A DNA stretch of 64,000 nucleotides from Antedon mediterranea (taxonomy: Eukaryota > Animalia > Echinodermata), in contig NC_092673.1 in assembly GCF_964355755.1 (NCBI RefSeq), positions 34,345,648 through 34,409,647 on the forward strand. Direction: 5' to 3'. The notes beneath the pieces were generated by a model that was given only the letters and a program-made list of their open reading frames with translations, searched no databases and was not told the origin of the DNA. Below are positions 1 through 10,800 of this stretch, in pieces. Position numbers and translations under genes: made by a program. How positions within the stretch are numbered: the first letter of the stretch is position 1; every line of letters begins with the position of its first letter.

Positions 1-145
1 TAGAGTAAAGGCATTGTATGCTTAGATTTCCAAAGTTTGGGTGAGAAGGTGAGAAGACGTTTGTGGCTATGCTAAGCATTGGGACAATACACTGGTATTT
101 ATCAATGGCTAGTCATAACATGACGGTTCAACAAAGAAAAATTAC

Positions 146-252
146 CATTTTCAATATCAACATAAATTTGGTCAATAAAACTATCTAACTTTTGTCTTTC
201 TTCTTCCTCCAAATGTAGATCATCACAATTACTTACATAAACACTCAATGAA
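146..252 (-). CDS. SMYD5: SMYD5 coding exon 7
   Basis: tttcag acceptor, [35 protein letters not shown], gtaat donor. Confidence 0.9.
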
Positions 253-3166
253 CTGAAATAAAGTGAAAAACAATCGTCAAATCTCTCAAACAAACCGGAT
301 CTGACAAATGACAGATACAATGAACATTCAATGTGAAATTAATGAAGGGTATGTTCAGACACAAATGCTATACTTCAAAAGCAACATGACTGACTTGTTA
401 TGTAGAAAATCTGGTGTGATAAATAAATTGTAACAATGATTAATACAGTTTTATTTATATCACTTTTAAATATATTACCTGTATACACATTGATAAAATT
501 ACCAGAAGGTCTAAAACTAATTTGCACAAAATGATATTGGAAAATAAAAAAATATTACAAAATACATACCTAGTACCCACTCCTTGGCCATTGGTTCCTA
601 TGAGAGCAAACAGTGATCGGATACCTTCAGGTGTAAACCACTGTATTAAAAAAATGCATTTTAGGCCCTGTTCGTAGCGATAGAATTACAGTGTTTTAGT
701 ACACAATGGCTATTGTACAGTGAAATGTGTTTTTGTTTTTACAATGCGCACTGAACCGTTTCAGATGATAATGGTTGAATGTACAATTTTAGCGTATTAT
801 ACGTTAGATGTAATTCAACGTTCTATCAACATTTATTATAATATAAAAAGAACACGTTCTGGGAAGAATGAGATGATGGCCTGTGTCTGAACACCAACTC
901 CCCCCCCACTGGGGTTTATAATTTACTTGCAGCTTCGTATGAGAATACTCCATTGGTGTGAATGACTTACTGTATATTCAAGCAATAACTTGACACTGTA
1001 TATGACATGATACTGTATTTTACACAAATCATTAATTACCTCCATACAATGTTTGGTAAGATACATACTGTTACTTACATGAGCTACGGTGTCCTCCTGA
1101 AGAGCTGCCGTGAAGACACTGAGCAACGTGTCAAACTGTTCTTGAAAACGTGTTCCCATTAATTTATGAACTAATTCTTTTTCCTCATTGGCTGTTGCTC
1201 GACAGAAATTTGCAAATCTTTCGATTGCATTATCTTTGTCTTTTGCCTAAATGAAAGCATTTTTAGAAACAATTCTTTAAAGTAAAGTCTTTATCCTCCA
1301 AATAAATAAATATATATGTATATAAAACATTTCAAACATGTTGATAATAAGCAATTATTATCACTTTATTATTTTTTATTTCATACGCATCCAACAGCAA
1401 GTAACTCTCCAATTACATTTGAGGCTTAGGTAGTGTAGTTTACAGAATCGTGAGTTGAAACCCTACGTTAGGATTGAACGCTAGATTTGGGTTTGGAAGG
1501 CAAGCATGTTAACCACCAAGCTACAGCTCCACTATTACCTCTACAGTAAATAAAACTGTCTGTGTGGCTCACTTGTTTTATAATAGCAATCATCTTGGCT
1601 AGTAACATAATACTTGTTGTTTCTGGTGGGAAATGCATATTCCTAAACAAAAGTAATTAAATACAAAGTTTATACTGGTGAAAAAAGGTGTCAATTTAAA
1701 ATTATACCCAAACAATTTTAACCCATGAATCATGTTGACATTGGTATGCTTAGTTTTTCCATAGTTTCCTAAAAAAATGACTGGGGTATTTAATAATGTT
1801 TAACACTTAGAGGCTTCACAACATTAGGCACTATATAAATCCAGGATATTATTATTATATACAATTTTGATTTAATTTCTCGCTTATTGGCCACTGAAAA
1901 AGTTGGCAGGTATACAATTGAATGATCAATCAACCAACCCACCTCCATACATCCTGTATCATTACTAGTGGGTGATCAGGGTCTGGTGGATGCTGAGAAA
2001 CACACAAGACTTGATGGTACTTCTGCCATGCTCTTGAGCGGCATTCTTTACTGCAGTATTCCACCTAGGATGAAAAACTAAGCTTTACAGAATGCAGAAC
2101 AAAAAATATGTTGAAAGCAAGAGTATTATTACAAGTATTTGGGAGAGGAGTTGTGATTTGTCATTAGAAAAAATCCTGACATGACAGCACTTTAACCCAG
2201 GACCCTTGGATTGGTAGTCAAGCATCATAACCACCAAGCCACAACTCCATTACCTCATGATCAAATTAACTAACCCGGCATTGGGGACACTCCACATGGC
2301 TTTGTGGGTTAACTCGGCAGCACTCTGGATGAGGTAGAACAAGTGATGGGTTTGCAGACAGACGTTGAGCATTAGCTTCAGCTGTTTCAAGGGCTTTCAT
2401 GCAGTATTCACAAGCTTTATACTTGTAGAATTCATTCCAGAGAAATTGAGCGCAGACCAACGGAACTTCCTTGAATAGAATGCTGCCTTCACTGATCTGA
2501 TGCGCTGCAAATAGCCCTTTTCCCTAAAAAATATATAAATAGTATTTTGAGTATTTAATTTTATTAATTAAAAAAAATTTATTGAAGCATGAAAATAGCA
2601 TTACATTTACAAAAACAGCATTCACATAAATATCTAGCATGATACATGTTAATTAATCAATATTACATGAAAGAATTACTGTACAAGGTCTTAGTAATAT
2701 CTATATATAAAAACAATGTTGAAAAGGCATTTTGTGTTGCCAAATATTTCTGATTTTTTGAGAGATATTGATAATGATATAATACATAAATCCATGTTAA
2801 TCAGTCTTTTGGATGGATATACTCTTTACAATTTCTTTCATACAAAGAGTTCTCAAGCATGACAAACAAAAGAGGGAAAAACGAGCAGTTCTGAAAGCAG
2901 ACCTAGGCCTACTATACTAGGCTATCATACTGTATAGAGAGCCCGCCCCTGATTGATATCGTCGATAGCTGACTGGCGGTCTAGTAGTAGGAGAGTAGTA
3001 TACCTAGGCCTAGCTAAATTAATTAATCTCAACCTATTAGTACTCCTATGTGATGTTAAACATTACTCACCTTATTGTCATCGATAAGTTTAATATAAAC
3101 ACTTTTGATATCATCATAGGACGAGTTTTCATCTACAGTCACAACAACTTCCATGGGCGCAGCCAT
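146..3166 (-). CDS. SMYD5: SET and MYND domain protein-lysine methyltransferase SMYD5, gene model (7 exons in window; 3' part lies beyond the left edge)
   Basis: Spliced peptide MAAPME...[42 protein letters not shown]...[13 protein letters not shown]...[16 protein letters not shown]...[27 protein letters not shown] matches SMYD5; all introns GT-AG with consistent phases. Confidence 0.95.
570..640 (-). CDS. SMYD5: SMYD5 coding exon 6
   Basis: [23 protein letters not shown], acag acceptor and gtatgt donor. Confidence 0.92.
1079..1246 (-). CDS. SMYD5: SMYD5 coding exon 5
   Basis: [37 protein letters not shown]...VAH, gtaagt donor. Confidence 0.9.
1385..1541 (-). mobile_element. tRNA-derived SINE (head at 1470-1541 plus part of body)
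   Basis: Reverse complement GGAGCTGTAGCTTGGTGGTTAACATGCTTGCCTTCCAA...GTTCAATCC has A/B-box-like motifs; related copy at 2190-2256. Confidence 0.6.
1573..1642 (-). CDS. SMYD5: SMYD5 coding exon 4
   Basis: [23 protein letters not shown], gtgagc donor. Confidence 0.92.
1943..2064 (-). CDS. SMYD5: SMYD5 coding exon 3
   Basis: [21 protein letters not shown]...[14 protein letters not shown] Cys/His pattern. Confidence 0.92.
2190..2256 (-). mobile_element. tRNA-derived SINE head, same family as 1470-1541
   Basis: Reverse complement GAGGTAATGGAGTTGTGGCTTGGTGGTTATGATGCTTGACTACC...CCTGGGTTAAA aligns with the 1470-1541 copy. Confidence 0.55.
2275..2523 (-). CDS. SMYD5: SMYD5 coding exon 2
   Basis: [30 protein letters not shown]...CPQCR; SET-N motif and MYND start. 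Confidence 0.93.
3071..3166 (-). CDS. SMYD5: SMYD5 coding exon 1
   Basis: aagATGGCTGCG start, [35 protein letters not shown]/gtgagt donor in phase with exon 2. Confidence 0.85.
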
Positions 3167-3956
3167 CTTTAATTTATGTAATGACCTTATTAAATTATAT
3201 CGTAAAACTTTATAAATAATTTAAATCACAAATTAATATGGAATCATTAAATTAAATAGAATGAGAAATATAACAATATAATTTAATAAAGTAGTTTTGA
3301 ATTTTAAAAACTATAATTTGATAGCAAATTCTTAAACAAACGAATAAATACTTCAAAGTTCAAACATGTATTGCATATTCATTAATAAACAAGACCCTGG
3401 GTATACTTTTAAGCACATTTTCAACGTGTCGGTTACCGTTGTAAACAAGATTGCGTCACCGGTCAGTCCTGAATGTGGCACTGATGTTGTCTGCTTTGAT
3501 CTTCTAATGTATGTATTTTTCTCAGTATATGTAATTGTATACTGCTATTATTGTATCCTTACTCAAAATAATACCATAAAAAAAAGCATTTTGATCTGAA
3601 GATATGCCATCTCTCCTCTTTCAAAAATCTAGCCAGCCTAGCTAGCTAGGCCTACCTATAACTTATTATAACTATCTTACTAGGCCTACCCCTATCTTTT
3701 TGATGTGAAGGAAGGAGGAGGCATACCAGCAGTCAATGAAGGCAGGACACGGGGAGACACTATGTTGCCCTGTCTTCTGTAGTCTACAGCTAGTAAAGAA
3801 GTGACAGTTCATTATTGACATCTTATCTTGCACATTCTTTTTCATGTCCATATGTTTCTATTCTGAAGTACAGTATTTTAAAATCTCGAGGGAATTACAA
3901 CAATGAATTGCTATAATCATAAAGTGTCTAGTGTACCTGAGATGTACTAAGTGAGT
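3167..3956. promoter_or_regulatory. Probable divergent promoter region with candidate non-coding first exon(s) of ALDH18A1
   Basis: The ALDH18A1 ATG exon has an acceptor (tttttcag, ending 7532), so an upstream UTR exon is expected; candidate donors gtatgt 3509 and gtgagt 3951. Confidence 0.4.
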
Positions 3957-4852
3957 CCTGGTTCATTGGTAGATTAAGATATCTTACCCAAGACATTTTC
4001 GCAGTAATCATACAACATTTTAATGAGTGTAACGGTTAGACTTTTTACTTGTCATCGTTCGTCTATAATATTGTGTAAGACATCTTGTGATCTTGTACAG
4101 TCATGTGGACCATCTCTAACTGTACATTTAACTCATTCATACAGGTCCATGCAAAAAATGTCTCATAACATACACTAAGAATAACATTTGTATTATTTAT
4201 TTAATTGATTTCATTTGGTGAACAGAAAGTGCGACTGCCTGAAAGGTTTTCCAGCAGGGCCATAGCCAACATGAGGCAGACGAGCCACTCACCTCATCTG
4301 AAATTTTCAGTTTTCACCACCCACCCTGAATCCCCAGCACAGATCGTCATATTGTATATTAATAATTATATTTTTAAAGCATCTTTGCCTCTTTTGTTTT
4401 TAACCTTTCGCTATGGCCTTGACATCTAACTTTATGTTTGAATGTCTTTTTGTATAATTCAGGCCTTGTCTTTTAAGGCGGGTGAGTGCGATCACTCACC
4501 TAACACACTCCTAAACTGCCCTTGAGGAGTGCAATTTACAACACGCCTTAATTTGGTAAACTTCTACACACCAAAATACAAACAGCATACCTACAGCACC
4601 CCTGAATGTATTGAGGAGTGCAATTTGTAGCACACCTATGATTTTCAAAAGACATGGCCTGATAATTTGTATATTTTTTAAGAGGGCCTGTTAGAGTAGT
4701 CTATTTTCTAGACCATACATACTGTAATTAGTAAAGATAAATATTTTGGCACATATGGTGTTTCATACGTATAATACTTGAGCAATGAAACTAAAACGCC
4801 GACATGGACAAACATAAAAATGACAATAACTACAGACAGTCTGTAGTTAGAA

Positions 4853-6920
4853 CGGGTGCAGGTCAACTCGGCCCTAAACCGTCTCGGCCAAAGTCAAGTC
4901 GGCCCCACGTCAAGTCGGCCCCAAGTCAAGCCGGCCTCAAGTCAACTCGGCCTCAAGTCAATTCGGCCTCACGTCAACTCGGCCTCAAGTCAACTCGGCC
5001 TAAAGTCAACTCGGCCAAAAACTAATCCGTCAACTCGGCCTTTAAAAAGTATGGAATGCAAAAAGTGCTAATATAGTAGTTCATTTATTACAATGGCAGG
5101 ATATAGTACGGTTAGGCCTATATAATAGACGAAATAAAACGGAAATTTCAATGTAAATTAAAACACACTGGCTGATCGTTTTTCGTTTAATTGATAGGTA
5201 ATTTTTATTTATATTGTTGGTTGGTTTGTCTCAGTAAGAACCCTCAGTAATGTGTTTGTTAGATCTATTTTGAGGATGTTCCCAGAAATAATCGCAAATA
5301 TTCTTAGAAGGCCTATATATTATATAGATATTATTAGATTAATACAGTAAAATAAAAATGTTTTTTTTTTGTATATATTCTCTCTCAAATTATTAGCAAT
5401 ATGTCACGGTCAAAGTGAATAACTATATGTGACATTAAAATGGTATATTACAGTAACAAAATCTTTTCACACATTTATTGACGATGTCAATCAAACTACC
5501 GAAGAGATTATGGAAACAAATTCGGAATGTTCTGTCATGTTAAATTTCTATTGCAATTGTGCGCTATTCAAATTGTTTTTATTACTTTTGTTAGGCCTAT
5601 TTGATTATAATGGAGAATCCAATGAATACATTTATGGGAAATTAATCTAAAACACACTGAAGAAATCATCATGAATAAATGGTGTATTTTTATTTTGTCA
5701 AGCATAAAAACTAATCTAAAACACACTGAAGAAATCATCATGAAAAAATGGCGTATTTTTATTTTGTCAAGCAAAAACTAAAACATATTGTTTGAGTCCA
5801 AAACAACGGAATTCCTAAACAACATAATATTGCCTTTGCATTCTCATCTGTTTTTTAACACCCACCGCGCCCTGTATTGTTCAATAAAATTGATCACCTA
5901 AAGGGGCATTCCCACCGTCCGTACCTGTTCCGTTTCGCGGACGGCGCCGTTTTTTCAACGTGACGCGCGCCCGTTCACCGTTCCGTTTTAAACATTCACA
6001 CCTGTTCCGTTTTGTGACGTGACGTTAAAATAGCAGCCGTTTCTGGATGATCATCGGATGGTAGTGAGGAAGAAATTATTCTTTTTAGTTTAATTAAAGA
6101 TGATATTACAAAACGGGACACAAGATTCCCGATGATAGTATAACAACACACACCATGACAAATTCCATGAATCCATAATTAAATACAATAAAATCATATC
6201 ATCAATAAAATATGGACTGTTATGGAAGCAAATTTCTCTCTTCCCATGGTGTACTGTATTAATTATGAATAATTATGAAGTACTAAACGAAATGAAAATA
6301 AAAATGTCATACAAAAAAACCTGTAAGGCCTATTTGAAAATAATGCACATTCATGTCTGGGGTGTGTGTGCATGTAACCTATACCCATAATGCTTATGCA
6401 ATTTGTTTTCTTGCCTTTTGATTTGTTTTGATTTTAATGTCATTTTATTCTTTTTATATTGATGTATATACAGTTGTAGACCGAAGTATATTGTTTAAAT
6501 ATTATTTTTTTTAATGTCTTCTTCGACAGTTATTCCTGTATACAAAATGTGAAGAAATATTTGTTTATTTCAAACAATATAAATAAATACTACCTATCAA
6601 TTAATATTATATAATCATTTATATTGAATTTTCCGTTGTATTTCGTCTATTATGTAGGCATAACCGTACTATATCCTGCCATTATAATATTAACTACTAT
6701 ATTAGCACTTTTTGCGTTTCATAGTTTTTAGAGGCCGAGTTGACGGATTAGTTTTTGGCCGAGTTGACGTGAGGCCGAGTTGACTTGAGGCCGAGTTGAC
6801 GTGGGGCCGAGTTGATGTGGGGCCGAGGTGACGTGGGGCCGAGTTGACTTGGGGCCGACTTGACGTGAAGCCGACTTGACTTTGGCCGAGACGGGTTAGG
6901 GCCGAGTTGGATCGAAACCG
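4853..6920. mobile_element. Non-autonomous foldback-type DNA transposon, about 300-bp TIRs with 16-bp subterminal tandem repeats
   Basis: 4853-5152 is the reverse complement of about 6623-6920; unit AAGTCAACTCGGCCTC; termini CGG...CCG; TTAGAA duplicated at 4847-4852 and 6921-6926. Confidence 0.85.
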
Positions 6921-7553
6921 TTAGAACTATCTTTGTAAAAAAAAGTTGAATAAATATATTCCATGATCTATGATATAATACTGATACTAATTTTTGTTTG
7001 CATGTTAGAGAAGATGAAAAAATGAATAGATTTCAGTCTGCTTCCCCCATTGTCTAACATTTATAGGGGTGAATTTACAAACCTAAGTACAGTTACAGTA
7101 AAAGGGATACAAAGAATTAAGAATCTTTAAAAGCAAGGAAACACTTCAGTAAGTATGTGTTGGGTGGATGGATAGATTGATAGATAAAACCTATTATAGT
7201 ACAAGCAAATAAAATGTTTTAGCTGAATTCATATGGTATTAGATAATAATTACAAAACTAAATAAGCTGTGGTATAATTTGCAATATGGTTATATAATAT
7301 AATATATATACCAGTATGTTGATAAATATTTGATTGAAGGTTTCATAGAGGTAACAGGTTTTTGTTTAAGGCAGCGACACCAAGTGGCTGTTTTGGTTTG
7401 GAATATCTGAGTCTAGCAAAGGCTTCCTTACAGTGTACGTACCAAAATGGTCGCCATTTGGGTCTCTGAAAAGGTAAATGTTCATAGCTCTTAATCAAAT
7501 TTAAACCGTTTTCACATAATTGTATTTTTCAGTATTTTGCAAGGTAATAAGAA

Positions 7554-7859
7554 ATGGCGTCTGTAACGTATTCTTCATCGATGATTCGTAATATGAACGT
7601 TTTACATAGACAATCATGGAGGCAGATAATGCCAGTGCTATCAACATGCAACAGCGTTCCAGTTTCAAATCATGTCAGATGTCAAAGTTCAGGTCAACAC
7701 CGCAATATATACACATCTGATTCCAATAAAGCATCGGTTGCATTTCGTTCAGATCTGAAGAATTGCAAACGTGTAGTGGTTAAACTTGGCAGTGCTGTGA
7801 TTACGCGGGATGATGAATGTGGCGTTGCTCTCGGCAGATTGGCGTCCATCGTTGAACAG
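7554..7859 (+). CDS. ALDH18A1: P5CS coding exon 1
   Basis: MASVTYSS...[34 protein letters not shown]/gtact donor. Confidence 0.92.
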
Positions 7860-10800
7860 GTACTATATTAATTTATCATTTCAGTATATAATTTATTATA
7901 CCATGCGAACAAAAAATATTCAGTGTTTGAAAAAGTGCTAAACACAGTTTTATTTGATTTATTTATAGTAAACCATAAAAAAATATCAATTTTTAGAAAA
8001 TTACTGTTAAATGTGCTAGCATTAATTGTGGAATAGTTACTAACATATCCTTTTAGTATTATGATTTTGTTATAATATCATTGCATACCATTAAATGTAT
8101 TTCTCATGTCAAAATAAAGGAATCCTGCTTTGTGTTTTCAATATTTGGTTGTTTTTCCTGCAACTGACGTTTCAAGAATTTGTACATTGCCTGCAGTTAA
8201 TGCAAAAACACATTTTAATAATCTTCAATTTATACAGACTTTCCATGAATTAAAGTTTCTTATTACTTTTAATAATAGGTGTCTAATCTTCAACTATCTG
8301 GGCGACAGATGTTACTAGTAACAAGCGGAGCTGTGGCCTTTGGTAAACAACGTCTACGACATGAAGTTAGAATGTCGCAGAGCATGAGGGAGACATTGAC
8401 ACCTGTACAAGGTCATGTAAGTCGATAGTATATTAGTGTGCGTTCACATGAACAGTGTAAGGCTGGCGTAGCTTACTGTATGTTAAGTCATAAGGTAATT
8501 CGTAGACTGAATTCCCAAGGTGTTCACATGAACAGAGTTTGTTAATGACTGGAGATAAACACACAGATGTATTCATTTTACCTTGATTTGAAAGTAGTAG
8601 GGAGTTGCTCTATTTAATGATAGTTTGCACATAATGTCTGCCTAGATAGCAATTGATTTCCAATTCAACAACTCAAATTCAACTTTAAAGCTTGGTTCCC
8701 ACTAGAACGTAACGCAAGGACGTAAACGCAACGCAAGCGTTTTAACCAATGACAAGCGAAGTTATAGACAGTTAGCAATCACAAGTGAATAAGCCATCGC
8801 TTGTGATTGGTCAATTCACTTGCGTTGCGTTACATCCTTGTGTTGCGTCGCTAGTGGGAACCACGCTTTAGCCATTGTTTAATATTCTTTGGATGATAAT
8901 AAAAATACAATGAAGATTTAAAAAAAAAGTTAATCACAATAGAATAAAAATTGTTGTTGCTAAAATAGATTCATAATTAATCCTAGTCTTTTATAGCTAT
9001 ATCCAAGTTACAAATAAATATTATAAAAATCATGTCATGAAATAATGCACTTGTCAATTGTATGACTCACTATACGACCCCCGGGAGAGGTGCGTCATGG
9101 GTGCGTCATTTACGAATAATTACTGACGCAGGGGTGCGTCAAAAAACCTAGATGGTACGTCACATCAATGAACAAGGTGTGTCAATGTCCGTCACTTTAC
9201 CACCCACCATATCATAAACAACATGGTCACAGTGCGTCAAAATGGGTGCGTCATGGTCACCTAAAGGTAAGTCACCTTTTTGACGCACGGGTGCGTCATG
9301 GTATTCAAAAGTATGACGCACATCGGACAAATGACGCACCTCTCCCGGGGGTCGTATAGTGGGTCATACAATTGACAAGTGCATAATTGATCAGTCTCTT
9401 TAATTAAGGTCAAAATTATTCAAGCATCCACGGAGTTAGCTCTGTTTTGAATGGGGTATATGTGACACAAAATGGCATGAGTGCCACTGCCTAGTTCACA
9501 CACAAGCAAGGGTGTATACTATGCCAGACTTTACTAGACATACCCTTTTAACATAAATAAATATTAAATACAGATACAGATCCTTCACAGGAAATTTACA
9601 TGGTCACAGTTCAAGGATCTGAAAATTGTATCATATCCCTGTAGGAAAACAAATTCTATAGCGCTTCATACATTAAAGCTGAAGACAATAACGTACACGA
9701 TTTGTCCTGTACTTGTACACAGACTCAAAAGATGCGTGCACCTACTGTGATCGGCACACTGCACTGTGTTTCCCTTAAATGAGCTCCTTATAGCGACAGC
9801 TTAATGTCCCATCTGATGGATGAGGTAACAAGAGTAAAACCACCTTGCCCAAGTGCACAGACAACTTGTTTCAAATTCTGATTTCTCACAAATTTTCCAC
9901 CATTCAACCTTCTATAGAATGTTTTTTTTTCCCTTTAATAATAAAAACATTAATCACTATATTTTTTTTCTTTTATTTCCAAATTACTTTATCTGACTAA
10001 TCACTGTTGCAAGCCTACTAGCTGTCATAAATTTTATTAAAGAGAATGACATGAATAGCTCTAGGCTTTTAATGTTCTTATTGAACTTAATTTGTACTAA
10101 GTTTCACCCTACAACGAGGAATTCACAGAATGTATAATAATGTCATTACTATCTATCTTATCAAGATAATAGTCAATGAACTTTAATAGATAGATTTTTT
10201 TTCCTCGTTCAAGTACAGTAGTGTTTTCAATTGCTATTTCTTTACATATTAAAAAAAAAATTGCAATAACTTTTACTTAGTCAAAGTTGCTGGGTTCAGG
10301 GCTGGATGGATTCAGGATTTCAGTGCTAACATATAATATTTTAAAATAGATATGAAAAAGTAGTTTATAATTTAATAAACCCACCCGATCTGCCCCTGGG
10401 GTTGGTGGAGTACACTCATTAAATATTCCACTAACACAGTGTGGTAACAAATTAGAATAAAATTGTAGGGAGACAAATCATGGTCATTCTTCTTCAAGGG
10501 AGTATTTATTCTATTTAAAGAAAAATGTATTTCTTTGTGTGATATAAAACATGGAGCACTGTCAAAGCCTTGTCAGATCACTGAAGTTAAGCAACGTTGG
10601 GCTCGGTTGTGTTCTTGGATGGTGGGAAACCATCTGGGAACATCGTGTTGGGTGCTGTGTAGACCGGAGAGTGGTGGTGTAGTACTGATAAGGGAATCGA
10701 ACAACAGTGATAAACCTACTAAATTTACTCTCATTGCCTCGTCCTTCGGATGGGACATAAAGCCATTGGTCATATGTACATTTAGTGCATGTTAAAGAAC

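Noticed and set aside
1470-1541. Possible tRNA-Gly-like gene
   Set aside because: Acceptor and anticodon stems do not pair; a diverged relative at 2190-2256 indicates a SINE head
4804-5071. Repetitive ORFs (KSTRPQVNSAS...)
   Set aside because: Translation of the 16-bp subterminal repeat of the foldback TIR
10565-10660. 5S rRNA gene
   Set aside because: Indels, degraded ends, no oligo-T terminator, and continuation into a SINE body
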